From IMG/VR virus record IMGVR_UViG_3300044796_000394: a stretch of 64,000 nt of DNA; one strand, 5' to 3'. Under the pieces are notes generated by a model that had not been told where the DNA came from, made no database searches, and worked only from the letters and a program-made list of their open reading frames with translations. Source of the stretch: a virus (lineage: Duplodnaviria > Heunggongvirae > Uroviricota > Caudoviricetes). The position numbers and the translations under genes were made by a program. Below, piece by piece: positions 20,881-30,439 of this stretch (positions are counted from its first letter, which is position 1; every line of letters starts with the position of its first letter).

Positions 20881-21645
20881 ATGAAACGAACACAAAAAGA
20901 AGTTGAAGGTTATTTTGAATCACAAGGCTGCAAGCTATTGGATGAATATACCGGTTGTATGAAGCCCATGAAATACCAATGTAAGTGTGAGAGAGAAGAT
21001 TATAAATCTTGGAATAAATTCAAAGATAGAGGACACAGATGTGGCTATTGTCATGAAACCGGCAGAAAGAAAAAGTTAACTTTTGAAGAAGCTAAAAAAG
21101 AATTCGATGATAGAGGATTTGAATTAATTGAAACAGAATACAAGAATGTCAGCTATCCAATGTCATATCGATGCAAATGTGGAAATATCTCACGTATTTG
21201 TATAACAAGTTTGCGAAATAACGCCTCATGCTATGAATGTGGTCTTAATAAAAACAAAAAAGAAAATCATCATATGTGGATTGAAGATAGATCGCAAAAA
21301 GCAGAATACGATCTTATCAAAAAGAAATGTTATAAAGCTTTAAGAAAAAGTCTCAAAGCAGTATGTCGCTACAAGACATCTCGTACTGAATACATGTTGG
21401 GATATTCACCCAAACAGCTTCAAGAACATTTAAAGAGCCACCCCAATTGGCAAAGTGTGAAAAATGGCAAATGGCATTTAGATCATATATTTCCAATTAA
21501 TGCCTTTAAGGAGCATGGAATTGATGATTTGAAAATCATTAACTGTTTGGAAAACCTTCAACCGATGGAAGGAAGAGCGAATATTAGCAAAGGCAGGAAA
21601 TATAATGAGAAAGAGTTCTTGGATTGGCTAAATAAGAAACAATGA
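20881..21645 (+). CDS. HNH-family putative homing endonuclease
   Basis: Two CxC...CxxC repeats followed by WHLDHIFP...NLQP...NISK. Confidence 0.8.
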   Translation: MKRTQKEVEGYFESQGCKLLDEYTGCMKPMKYQCKCEREDYKSWNKFKDRGHRCGYCHETGRKKKLTFEEAKKEFDDRGFELIETEYKNVSYPMSYRCKCGNISRICITSLRNNASCYECGLNKNKKENHHMWIEDRSQKAEYDLIKKKCYKALRKSLKAVCRYKTSRTEYMLGYSPKQLQEHLKSHPNWQSVKNGKWHLDHIFPINAFKEHGIDDLKIINCLENLQPMEGRANISKGRKYNEKEFLDWLNKKQ

Positions 21646-22409
21646 GTGAATATTGGATTCAAGATGGCGGCGACGTAGATTATGCCGATGGTGACATAGG
21701 TGATATGAACCATGAAGCCATCGTCATTCGTACCGTACAAGGCAGAATAATCGATACGGCATCATCAAAGTATCATTTGAGAAATAATCATGGCGGGTAT
21801 TTTGATGCCGACTCCCAATGGGACGAATTTCAAAATGCCTTAGCAATGGAATTCGCCAAGGAAATGATTGAAGCTAAGCCAGCCAATCAAAAAAAGATAG
21901 AAAAATCGGTTCATTACGATCCTGAGCCGTTTTTCAAGGCAGCATTAAAGCAATGCGGTGTCAAACAACCAGAATACGATGTCGCAAACGGCGTTGGCGA
22001 TGCTCGTGATTACGCTATGGAACGTTGGGGATGGAAAACCTATCGTAACGGCAACGTTGATACTTGGCGACTGACTCGTAAAGACATGCAGGATATTATC
22101 AAAGGATTAGATGCCATTTCAGACGCAGATGGTTGGTCAGAGAAAAAATTTAAAAAGTATCGTTTCACAATTAACGTGTTTTCAACCAAAAAGCACTTCT
22201 ATCTAACAGTAGAACAAATGGAAAAATGGATCAGTAATCCAACTGCTACGATTGCCCAAGATAGTGCTACCGACATTTATGGAGCAAATCAAGATTTAGC
22301 CAAAAGTCTGATGCATCCTCATTACCACAATCGGCCCGGTGTTAATCCTTTTGGCGATAGCGTGCTATATTCTTTTAAGGCGTTTTTAGAGAGCATCAAT
22401 GGAAAATAA
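21642..22409 (+). CDS. Hypothetical protein
   Basis: 255 aa; ends in a SFKAFLES motif; preceded by TAAATA. Confidence 0.6.
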   Translation: MSEYWIQDGGDVDYADGDIGDMNHEAIVIRTVQGRIIDTASSKYHLRNNHGGYFDADSQWDEFQNALAMEFAKEMIEAKPANQKKIEKSVHYDPEPFFKAALKQCGVKQPEYDVANGVGDARDYAMERWGWKTYRNGNVDTWRLTRKDMQDIIKGLDAISDADGWSEKKFKKYRFTINVFSTKKHFYLTVEQMEKWISNPTATIAQDSATDIYGANQDLAKSLMHPHYHNRPGVNPFGDSVLYSFKAFLESINGK

Positions 22410-22926
22410 AAAATTTGAAGAGTGGATGAAAGAGAAAGAACCGGATCTTTTAGAAGATTCGGGTCGTTACAGCGTAGAAGTTAACTACCGAACCAGCTAT
22501 TCAGAAGTCATTGACAACTACGCCCGCTTGACTCTGGGATACGTTTCAGCCGGATTAAAGAACGTCGGCTACCACGTACGCAATCTCTACACCGAAAAAC
22601 CCTACCGCATCCTCGTCAGCACCCGCAATTGGGATGATGGCGAATGGGTAGGTGTACTCTTATTCAATAGCCAAGAAAAGGTATTTGTAATTGCCAAAGG
22701 TCATTACAACAAAGACCGAAAAACTGTTTCAATTCAATCATCGCATAAAGCACAGGGAAATACGCCAGCGGAATTGACAAAGGAAATGCGGAACTTGACC
22801 GAGAAATTGAAGAAAGAAAATCCGAGAGGCAGTAACACTCTGGAGCCAGCACCGATGAAGCGTGGGCCGAAACCGAAGTTCATGCAGAAGATCAACAAAA
22901 TCCAAGGGCCATTCAAGCCTTATTAA
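22399..22926 (+). CDS. Hypothetical protein with a capsid-targeting-like N-terminus
   Basis: KKFEEWMKE...LLED. Confidence 0.6.
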   Translation: MENKKFEEWMKEKEPDLLEDSGRYSVEVNYRTSYSEVIDNYARLTLGYVSAGLKNVGYHVRNLYTEKPYRILVSTRNWDDGEWVGVLLFNSQEKVFVIAKGHYNKDRKTVSIQSSHKAQGNTPAELTKEMRNLTEKLKKENPRGSNTLEPAPMKRGPKPKFMQKINKIQGPFKPY

Positions 22927-22982
22927 ATATTTTATGTATCCCCCGGATATATACATTAGGCTTATCCAGAGGAGAGAACATA

Positions 22983-23237
22983 ATGAACACACTTAAAGAA
23001 ATGCGAGAAAAAATTCTCGATGAAATGGAGAATATTCCACGACGACCACAAGAAACTCAAAGTCCATTAAGAGAACTTTATTGGTCAAAGATGATGCACA
23101 ATCGTGGAAAAAATGGGGCCAATCTGTCTCATTTTGAAATTTTCAAAGAATGCTTAACTGAATTACAAGCACGGTATCCAAACTTAAATTTTAAATACAA
23201 TACAGACTTTTTTAACCATCCGGGGAATAGATATTAA
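22983..23237 (+). CDS. Hypothetical protein
   Basis: GAGGAG RBS; 84 aa. Confidence 0.6.
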   Translation: MNTLKEMREKILDEMENIPRRPQETQSPLRELYWSKMMHNRGKNGANLSHFEIFKECLTELQARYPNLNFKYNTDFFNHPGNRY

Positions 23238-23242
23238 AAGAA

Positions 23243-23266
23243 GCAAGCCTTCAATTGAAGGCTTGC
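23243..23266. repeat. Perfect 24-bp palindrome upstream of the tRNA
   Basis: GCAAGCCTTCAATTGAAGGCTTGC. Confidence 0.8.
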
Positions 23267-23275
23267 CAAATGATA

Positions 23276-23387
23276 GGAAAGTTGGCTGAGAGGTTTAAGG
23301 CTCTCGACTGAAAATCGAGCGATCCAACGGGGTGTGTCTGATAACTTGCCCCCAGTAGATTCGTGGGTTCGAATCCCGCACTTTCCG
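23276..23387 (+). tRNA. Atypical tRNA: GAA (Phe) anticodon on a Ser-like class II body with a 43-nt variable arm; CCA not encoded
   Basis: Acceptor stem GGAAAGT/ACTTTCC plus G73; D arm GCTGAGAGGTTTAAGGC; anticodon arm CTCGA-CTGAAAA-TCGAG; T arm GTGGG-TTCGAAT-CCCGC. Confidence 0.85.
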
Positions 23388-23443
23388 TTTACATATTATA
23401 TATTAGCGATATTTGAATTTTATTTTTCAAAATATTAATCTAT

Positions 23444-23608
23444 TTAAATCACAACTTCGGTAGGTGCCCAATCCAATTTCGGCAGTTCTGTTTCCAATAA
23501 ACGTTGAGCGAGTTTTTCAATTCGCTCAACTTCTTCTGTTTTGTTTTTGACTTTTTTTGATTCCAACCATATTTCCTTGATCATCAATCTTTCGTATTCG
23601 TCAAGCAT
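23444..23608 (-). CDS. Small hypothetical protein (MLDEYERL...)
   Basis: ATG immediately after the upstream stop; the longer track start overlaps the upstream gene. Confidence 0.5.
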   Translation of the reverse strand: MLDEYERLMIKEIWLESKKVKNKTEEVERIEKLAQRLLETELPKLDWAPTEVVI

Positions 23609-23609
23609 A

Positions 23610-24158
23610 TCATCTCTCGATAAAGTTCGGATTGTAGAGATATTTTTTCTGCAATTTGTTATAAACGTATTTGTAAACCTTGGGAGCATCTGCCGTACTG
23701 CCTTGCCATACATCTTGATGGAATGGACTTAATCTATGACCCAGAATTTCTGCTTGCGGAACTTCGCCTTTGGCGGCATGTGCATTGGCATACAAATCCG
23801 GTGACGAAGGACGAGATATTGGTTTAGGGGGCGTATAAACAGGTCGTTGTGCCGGTTGGGGGACTCTGTTACTCTTGCTGTTGGATACAGTGGTTTTGAG
23901 ATACTGATCAATACCATCAAGCATAATGGCAGAAACGGCTTGTGGTGTTAATTGCCCTCGTCCTGATTTTTCTTTGATTGTAGCTTGAACCATATTCCAC
24001 CAAGAATCACCCAATGTAGGACTGGCTAATACCTTATTGACCTTCTCTTTATCATGCGGACTCATTATTTGATGAGCCTGCATGGCCAAGTTTTCAACAC
24101 CTTGATTATCTTCGTGTAAAGTAATAGATTTCTTAAAGTAAAATTCTTGCCATTTCAT
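23610..24158 (-). CDS. Hypothetical protein with a capsid-targeting-like N-terminus
   Basis: MKWQEFYF...LHED; TAAATA box 7 nt upstream. Confidence 0.6.
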   Translation of the reverse strand: MKWQEFYFKKSITLHEDNQGVENLAMQAHQIMSPHDKEKVNKVLASPTLGDSWWNMVQATIKEKSGRGQLTPQAVSAIMLDGIDQYLKTTVSNSKSNRVPQPAQRPVYTPPKPISRPSSPDLYANAHAAKGEVPQAEILGHRLSPFHQDVWQGSTADAPKVYKYVYNKLQKKYLYNPNFIER

Positions 24159-24188
24159 ATGCTGGTATTTACCTATGAAGATAGAAAA

Positions 24189-24839
24189 TCAATAAGCTTT
24201 AAATTTTTCATTGATTTTTTCTATCGCTTCTACTGGATCGGCATGAGACAGAATTGGTCTACCGACAACAAAATAATCGGCATTAATATCAACATCCGCC
24301 AAACGCTTTTGATCGTCAAATGCTACTTTACCAAACGGACGGAAGCCGGGACAAATCGCTTTTAGGTCTAATGCTTTGTATATATCGCATTCACGACCAG
24401 CGCAGACCACAGTGGTAATACCAATTTCACGGAATGTTTCTGTAAATCTCTGTACTGGATAACCACGGTAGATAGTTCTCACAGAATCATCGTCGAGGCT
24501 CGTCAGTGTCGTTACAGCGGCAATGGTGGTCTTTCTACCCGAAACAGCATTGAGAGCGTGTTTGAGCATATCGGCCCCGCCACTAGCGTGTACTGTGATA
24601 ATACTGGCACCGGCTTTGGATAATCTTGATGCAGCGTTGAAAACCGTACCGGGCGTGTCGTGAAGTTTAGGATCGGCAAAAACTTCGCCGTAATTGCGTA
24701 ATTCTTTAATGACCTGAACGCCGTATTCCAGCAATAGATCATTAACTTTAAATCCCCACACTTTACCAGAAAACATTTTGGCAAAACCAATGGCTGTTTC
24801 CATTGGCATATCATCCAATGCGACAATTAACTGTTTCAT
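24189..24839 (-). CDS. pyrF: Orotidine-5'-phosphate decarboxylase
   Basis: Motifs LIVALD, DPKLHDTPGTV, ITVHASGG, PGFR and VVGRPI. Confidence 0.93.
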   Translation of the reverse strand: MKQLIVALDDMPMETAIGFAKMFSGKVWGFKVNDLLLEYGVQVIKELRNYGEVFADPKLHDTPGTVFNAASRLSKAGASIITVHASGGADMLKHALNAVSGRKTTIAAVTTLTSLDDDSVRTIYRGYPVQRFTETFREIGITTVVCAGRECDIYKALDLKAICPGFRPFGKVAFDDQKRLADVDINADYFVVGRPILSHADPVEAIEKINEKFKAY

Positions 24840-24864
24840 GAGAATCCCGCTATACTAAGGAGGA

Positions 24865-25125
24865 TTGTACTATAATCCAAAAAGTATAGGAAATAAAGGC
24901 CAATTAATGTTTGTATACTCTCGTATGATTGACAACAATGTTTGTCAATATTACCACAACAGTGTCAAAAGATCAGCTATCTATTTTTTTGGTGATAATT
25001 GGCAAATGCGATTACTAGACAAAAATAGAGTCATAGAAACAATCGAAGAATGTTCCCATGACTCTATGCATGCTAATATTGAAACTATGAAAAGATGGAT
25101 TATCTTAGGTGAAATTAGTCGCTAA
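24865..25125 (+). CDS. Hypothetical protein (start possibly 24907)
   Basis: Short ORF between oppositely oriented genes. Confidence 0.4.
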   Translation: MYYNPKSIGNKGQLMFVYSRMIDNNVCQYYHNSVKRSAIYFFGDNWQMRLLDKNRVIETIEECSHDSMHANIETMKRWIILGEISR

Positions 25126-25915
25126 TCTTAGTTAACAGGGTTTCAAAACATTTTTCCCAATCGCCCTTGATCAATCTAGTTGTCGGATACCACAAACCAT
25201 CCCATCTCGCATCTGGCTCATCCGGCCCTAATAGTACATACGTCCGTTTACCCATAGCACCCGCTAAATGAACCGCACCCGTATCCACAGATACTACATA
25301 ATCCAGCGAATTGATCAATTTAGCAGTATCGTACCAGTCAGTGATCGTAACGCCATTGAGAGGAAAATCTTCGGCACCTTTAACCAAATCCCAATTATTG
25401 ATACTTGGCTGAATGTGGAAAAGGTTAACGCCTTTGTCTACAAGTGGCTTAAAGAATTTCAGAGGACAGGATCGTTGAACATTTCTCGGATGGTCTGGAT
25501 TGCCTTCCCAAGCAATACCGACATTGATCCCCTTGGGAATTTCCGTCTTTTCCGTCAGAATAATATAAGGTTCCAACGGAATTGGTTTATGTAACAAGAA
25601 AGGCAGACTTAGAGAACATATGTGGTAATCATTATAAGGCAGCACATCACCGCCTTTTTCCAAAAAGCCATACCCCAAGTGTTTTACGATACGCTCCATT
25701 TCCATCGGTGCGTGCAGCGTAATAGACTTAGGGGTTTGTTCCTTCAAAAAACGCAGGAATCGCAAAAACATAATCTGATCGCCAATTCCCTGCTCCATGT
25801 ATACAATAACATCTTTATTGTTAAGATTTTCACCGTACCACCGACGACTATACAAGTAAGTCTTTCGGTAGTACTCCATTTTTGGTTCGCTAAATCGTTC
25901 TATGTAATCACGCAT
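25115..25915 (-). CDS. Glycosyltransferase, GT9-like domain of the type usually fused to TPRs
   Basis: Motifs EQGIGDQIMFLRF, VGIAWEGNP and VVSVDTGAVHLAGAMG. Confidence 0.85.
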   Translation of the reverse strand: MRDYIERFSEPKMEYYRKTYLYSRRWYGENLNNKDVIVYMEQGIGDQIMFLRFLRFLKEQTPKSITLHAPMEMERIVKHLGYGFLEKGGDVLPYNDYHICSLSLPFLLHKPIPLEPYIILTEKTEIPKGINVGIAWEGNPDHPRNVQRSCPLKFFKPLVDKGVNLFHIQPSINNWDLVKGAEDFPLNGVTITDWYDTAKLINSLDYVVSVDTGAVHLAGAMGKRTYVLLGPDEPDARWDGLWYPTTRLIKGDWEKCFETLLTKISD

Positions 25916-25919
25916 GATA

Positions 25920-26432
25920 TTACTTCTTTTCAATAACGAAATCAAAAGTTCCCATATCGCCCGCTTGATTGATAACACGGCTCTTATCAAACCAGTGATC
26001 CGTCTCATTGTATTTGTCATCAGCAAAATACAACTGCGTAGTTAAGTTTTTGTAGCTCTTTAGGGAAACCTTGGCGTGAATGTGCGAACAGCGGAATTCA
26101 GTTTCGGAGATTGAGTAATCGCCGGGAATAATCGTATGAAGCGAGTACTTGCCATCTTTATCTGTAATGACCTTACCACGGAAGTTAAAGCCATCATTGT
26201 CATAAACGCCCGCTGCATCGGCTTGCCAGAAATCCAAGAGGACACCACCTACAGGATCACCGTTAACATCAAGTACTCGACCTGACAAATGAAGTGATGG
26301 TTGTTCGCAGAGAGTGTTGCGGAAAGGCGCCTTCGCTTTGTAAAACGGCCCTAGAATATCAGCACCAGTAGGAGTGAGCATTTCGGAAGCCTTTTTGGTA
26401 ATAAACTTTTGATATTCAAAATTCTGTGTCAT
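25920..26432 (-). CDS. Intradiol ring-cleavage dioxygenase family protein
   Basis: Motifs GPFY, SGRVLD, DFWQADAAGVY, TIIPGDY, RCSHIH and LTTQLYF. Confidence 0.9.
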   Translation of the reverse strand: MTQNFEYQKFITKKASEMLTPTGADILGPFYKAKAPFRNTLCEQPSLHLSGRVLDVNGDPVGGVLLDFWQADAAGVYDNDGFNFRGKVITDKDGKYSLHTIIPGDYSISETEFRCSHIHAKVSLKSYKNLTTQLYFADDKYNETDHWFDKSRVINQAGDMGTFDFVIEKK

Positions 26433-26449
26433 TGTACTTTATCTTTTCA

Positions 26450-26986
26450 TTAGAAAATAGGGTAATCTCTCTTAGGCTGAGGTACGTTTCCTTCACCTGT
26501 CGTTGTCGTTTCTTGGAATCTCTCACAAATAATCTGTAAGTGGAGAGCACCCCACATTTGGAACTGAGTTAACCTAGTATCTACTACCACCCAATTTTCA
26601 CTTAGGTGTGGCGTATGGATTCTGGAGCCACGTTTGGGTTGATGCCCAATCGCTGCTACCACGGCTCGTACATTACACTCAAACACCACATCGCCAATCC
26701 CATCGATACCGAATTGGGTTGAAGGATTTTGCGGTTCAATTGGTTCGTACATTCCGAAAATTTGAATTGGCACAGGACTCCACAACTTACTACGATCTTC
26801 TACGTAAAGTGGGTCAATGTTTTGTATTTGAATCAGCACTTCGTAATAAAACAAAGGACTGCCATAAGCCATAATGAGCTCTTGGTCATAACGATTGAAT
26901 AGATCGTGAGCCTGATTCATCGGGTCAAATTGGTTAATTGAACCGGTGAGTTGATAGGGAGTGCCATCTGGATTGCGGATTGCCAT
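26450..26986 (-). CDS. Neck/head-closure protein (T4 gp14-like)
   Basis: ELIMAYGSPLFYY, DPLYVED, QFGID, PKRGSRI and FQMWG motifs fit the gp14 family. Confidence 0.65.
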   Translation of the reverse strand: MAIRNPDGTPYQLTGSINQFDPMNQAHDLFNRYDQELIMAYGSPLFYYEVLIQIQNIDPLYVEDRSKLWSPVPIQIFGMYEPIEPQNPSTQFGIDGIGDVVFECNVRAVVAAIGHQPKRGSRIHTPHLSENWVVVDTRLTQFQMWGALHLQIICERFQETTTTGEGNVPQPKRDYPIF

Positions 26987-27001
26987 ACTATATTTATCGT
27001 T

Positions 27002-27379
27002 ATGAAGAAATATTCAACAATCACAATGATCAATAAAAACACGGAGTTAGTTGCCGAAAGACCTATCCTGCGTCCCTATTTGAATAATGGAAAATTAAGC
27101 TTTGAATTTGCTGATAATAATGACTTGGAAAAATTAGGCAAATATCTTTCCGAATATTACAATAAACCTGACTTTAATCCAAAATTAGTACCACCGTTAA
27201 GTTTGTTTTACAAAACTTACGAAGAGGGTCAACTTGAAACAATGTGGATTATCAAAGGTGCTCAGTTAATTGATCTCATTTTTGATGCAGTAGACTTCAC
27301 AGAATTGCCAACTCTTGAACTCGTATTTTCATTCTCAGATTACACATTTAGAAATGTCTACCTAGAACATATCGTCTAA
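27002..27379 (+). CDS. Hypothetical protein
   Basis: ORF from the MKKYST start. Confidence 0.5.
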   Translation: MKKYSTITMINKNTELVAERPILRPYLNNGKLSFEFADNNDLEKLGKYLSEYYNKPDFNPKLVPPLSLFYKTYEEGQLETMWIIKGAQLIDLIFDAVDFTELPTLELVFSFSDYTFRNVYLEHIV

Positions 27380-27778
27380 TTACTTGGCACCCAATACAGG
27401 TGTAATCTTAATTCTTTGACCCGAAGAACCATCTAACATTACCGGAGCGTTAGGAAATCTTTCGGCAAGCAAAACAGTTGTACCAGCATTGTCGGTAATC
27501 ATATAACCGTAAGTGATAACTGCGCTGTTGAATGTCCAAATCTGTTCAGCAAAAACCGCCGTATAATTACCAGTCAAGTCGTCAATGACGTAATCCCAAT
27601 CACTAGGGGATAGCAATTTCGTTGTGTAATCCGGATGAATAACTTCTTGATATATGCCTGAATTATCAGTCTTACTTGGCGTATGATCGTTAGAATAAAG
27701 CTTCAATCGCAAAATCTGATTTTGCGTCATTGTGCCTAAAATGAAAAGCTGGCCGTTTAATAATGTGGTGAAACTCAT
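27380..27778 (-). CDS. Putative virion structural protein (tail-fibre-associated type)
   Basis: LKLYSNDHTP...YQEV...WTF...YGY...LLAERF pattern typical of small phage structural proteins. Confidence 0.55.
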   Translation of the reverse strand: MSFTTLLNGQLFILGTMTQNQILRLKLYSNDHTPSKTDNSGIYQEVIHPDYTTKLLSPSDWDYVIDDLTGNYTAVFAEQIWTFNSAVITYGYMITDNAGTTVLLAERFPNAPVMLDGSSGQRIKITPVLGAK

Positions 27779-27840
27779 ATTTGATATATAGTTAATCGAA
27801 AAATTAACGTCTAACGTCTCAATAAGAAAAGGAGGTTAAT

Positions 27841-28380
27841 TTGACAATCAAAAAAAAAGATGGAACGGATTTTCGCCTCCAAGGGCCAAATCCCATCATG
27901 ACAGAACAAGAGTTGTGGGACAAATACACTTTGCACAACTTTGCGAGTGACGAAGAGTTCATTCACGCAGCGCCAACACTTCCAACATTTGAAAGTTTGG
28001 ATGATGTTCAAACCGAAGAAATTGAAGTATCCGTTAAAGAAACTCCTGTACCACCACAACCACCTAAAAAGAAGCACCCCGACAAAAATACTATTCGTGT
28101 TTTGTGTTTGCCAGCAACCTTCCAGCAAACCATAGATCCTGTTTATGGTGAAACAAAAAGCACGCTTATGTACGGACGACAATTTGCTTTTGATTGCGAG
28201 GTCGAAGATACCAACGACATAACCTGTCGCCTAAAAACGAACCTTATGATGGTGGAAAAACAAAGCATCATATTCTTTCCAAAAGAAAGACGTTGGTGGA
28301 AAGTTGCTTCGGCAGAAAAGAATAAAGATGTTCTTATATTGAATTGTTTGTTATCCGACATTCAACCATCGTTTACCTAA
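27841..28380 (+). CDS. Hypothetical protein; N-terminus resembles that of the gp14-like protein
   Basis: AGGAGG RBS; TIKKKDGTDFRLQG versus AIRNPDGTPYQLTG; DPVYGE motif. Confidence 0.6.
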   Translation: MTIKKKDGTDFRLQGPNPIMTEQELWDKYTLHNFASDEEFIHAAPTLPTFESLDDVQTEEIEVSVKETPVPPQPPKKKHPDKNTIRVLCLPATFQQTIDPVYGETKSTLMYGRQFAFDCEVEDTNDITCRLKTNLMMVEKQSIIFFPKERRWWKVASAEKNKDVLILNCLLSDIQPSFT

Positions 28381-28630
28381 CTTCATTGGTCAGTTGTAGG
28401 CTAATACCGTGCTTTTCAAATTCTTCACGGCAATCATCATACGCTTTTAGATAACCTGCTTCATAAACATCAATCATCATTTGAACGAAATTGCGAAAAT
28501 CGGTTTCTGTAATAATTTGATGCGCAGTTCGCTCTAAAATATCATTATGATTTTCTGCTTTCTCGGTACCCATGAACTTAACTGTATATTCTTTGATAGC
28601 TACCAAATAGCGGTTCGGCGTTTGAAACAA
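28373..28630 (-). CDS. Hypothetical protein
   Basis: 85-aa ORF. Confidence 0.5.
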   Translation of the reverse strand: MFQTPNRYLVAIKEYTVKFMGTEKAENHNDILERTAHQIITETDFRNFVQMMIDVYEAGYLKAYDDCREEFEKHGISLQLTNEVR

Positions 28631-28638
28631 GGTTCACC

Positions 28639-29211
28639 TCACAAAATTTTGTATTTTTTCTTGGGCCTGAAAACGATTTTGCCCGACTCAACCAACCAAC
28701 TCATTCTCTCATAAATATTGTCTGGTCTGGTTTTTAACTCTTCTGCATTATTGGATATATACTCGTTAAATACATTCACCTTTGATTGATCTTCATTATT
28801 CATAGGTCGGACAACCGCTGTTCTTTTGACCACTAACAACATAGCAATAGGGTCGTGTTTCTTAACCTTTAAATCGGTTTTTGCGAACCATAATCTCAAC
28901 CCACCTATCCACCAATCGGTCTGAAATCCGGTTGGCATAACCACTGGTGCTTGGCCCGTAATTGCCAAGGGGTGTGTTACCAAAACTAAATTCGTATCAT
29001 CCGGAGTCAACAATTCGGCCTTAATATTTAATTCATAAATACCCGGAAAGATTTCGGTCGGATTCCATTCTTCGCCCGGAAACAACAACTCATACGCCGA
29101 TGAAGCCATATCCCTGTAGCAGCCGTGAAGATACGGTTGTTGTTCGCCGCCTTTCAAATTAGGCGTACTAATTTGAAAGGGGCGTATCCAATCTTGGCTA
29201 AACTTGATCAT
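28639..29211 (-). CDS. Hypothetical protein (possibly DUF6065 / dUTPase-like fold)
   Basis: P...QTDWW...KKHDPIAMLLVVKR pattern. Confidence 0.45.
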   Translation of the reverse strand: MIKFSQDWIRPFQISTPNLKGGEQQPYLHGCYRDMASSAYELLFPGEEWNPTEIFPGIYELNIKAELLTPDDTNLVLVTHPLAITGQAPVVMPTGFQTDWWIGGLRLWFAKTDLKVKKHDPIAMLLVVKRTAVVRPMNNEDQSKVNVFNEYISNNAEELKTRPDNIYERMSWLVESGKIVFRPKKKYKIL

Positions 29212-29232
29212 GTATACCTAAATAGGAGTTAT

Positions 29233-30207
29233 ATGTCGGATAAATTTCTCAATGACTGTGCCGAACCTAATCCAATAGATCCAAGACTGGATATTGATCC
29301 TGTTAATCCCGATTGTCCAGATTGCGACCGGGAGCCAAGCCAAAAAGACGTTCCCCTTCTTCAAGATAACCGACATAACAAAACCGGCCTTGGCAGAGCG
29401 GCCAATTGCGATCCTATGCAATCTGGTCATATTGTTGACGACTTCAAGCAAGACCCAAAAAGACTCCAAGAACCTTGGATGGCTTCTTATATTCCACGTT
29501 ATAGCAAAGCTAAGCGTGGTTGTGATGAAGCTGTTAAAGATTTATTTGAAGACATTGTGGTTATTGACGAGCAAGGTAGTGCACATAAAGTTCCGATTAT
29601 ATGGGCAACACAAGAGCGGGCAGTAGCAGCAATCATTCAGCCAAACGTTCGAAAAGACGATAGTACGGTAGTGGATCGCATACGTTTACCTATGCTGGCA
29701 ATCTATGATAGCGACTTTTCTATCAATAACGACAGATACATTTATCACGGTGCCGTTGACTATCTTCGCAATCGCCGTGCCGATGGTAAACCGGGCCTAA
29801 CAACTCAAGAAGAACGACCACGTGATACCATCTTTGGTGTAACCCGTGGTTTGCCAGTGGACATTGGATATACGCTGTTTGCGTGGACTCTTTACAAAGA
29901 GGATATGAACCAGATCCTAGAGCAAATTGTATTAAAATTTTCACCGATAGCATACATAAAAGTGCAAGGCGTATATTGGGAGACAATCGTTAAGCTTGAG
30001 TCGATAGCCAACAATGAAAACTTGGAACCCGGCGGAAATAATCTCCGTGTTATCAAGTGGCAATTCAACTTGCGTGCCGAAACGTTTATTCCACAACCGA
30101 TTGTTCGTAAGAAGTCAGTTCTTCAAACGAGAATCAATGTGGTAGACGATATCGACGACAAGGAAATTACCGGCATCATTGCCAGACTTGAAACTTCGGC
30201 GGAATGA
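29233..30207 (+). CDS. Tail terminator/sheath stabiliser (T4 gp15-like)
   Basis: KVPIIWATQER, IRLPMLAI, PVDIGYTL and DMNQILEQI motifs; AGGAG RBS; upstream of the sheath gene. Confidence 0.8.
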   Translation: MSDKFLNDCAEPNPIDPRLDIDPVNPDCPDCDREPSQKDVPLLQDNRHNKTGLGRAANCDPMQSGHIVDDFKQDPKRLQEPWMASYIPRYSKAKRGCDEAVKDLFEDIVVIDEQGSAHKVPIIWATQERAVAAIIQPNVRKDDSTVVDRIRLPMLAIYDSDFSINNDRYIYHGAVDYLRNRRADGKPGLTTQEERPRDTIFGVTRGLPVDIGYTLFAWTLYKEDMNQILEQIVLKFSPIAYIKVQGVYWETIVKLESIANNENLEPGGNNLRVIKWQFNLRAETFIPQPIVRKKSVLQTRINVVDDIDDKEITGIIARLETSAE

Positions 30208-30217
30208 AAAAACAGAC

Positions 30218-30421
30218 ATGATTGAAATTACAAATACGCAAATGGGTCCGATACAAATTGTGGTTCGCTCAAAACGAAAGTTAAGGGCATTCACAACAAT
30301 GACCATCCCTGGCCGTGGGTCGAGTAAAAATAAAGTTTACATCGAGGATGAGTCGGTCACTGATTATATACAGTTAGTGGAAAAACACGGCCTAATTTCC
30401 ACAAGGCGAATTACAGAGTAA
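30218..30421 (+). CDS. Small hypothetical protein
   Basis: MIEITN... ORF between gp15 and sheath. Confidence 0.55.
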   Translation: MIEITNTQMGPIQIVVRSKRKLRAFTTMTIPGRGSSKNKVYIEDESVTDYIQLVEKHGLISTRRITE

Positions 30422-30439
30422 AGTAGGGAGATCTAAACA

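Noticed and set aside
23303-23319. Reading the tRNA as Ser(TGA)
   Set aside because: The 5-bp stem CTCGA/TCGAG fixes a 7-nt loop CTGAAAA with GAA central; placing TGA centrally breaks the stem and removes U33.
23444-23713. Possible frameshift between ORFs 23610-24158 and 23444-23713
   Set aside because: An ATG at 23608 directly after the upstream stop explains the small gene without an overlap; no slippery site noticed.
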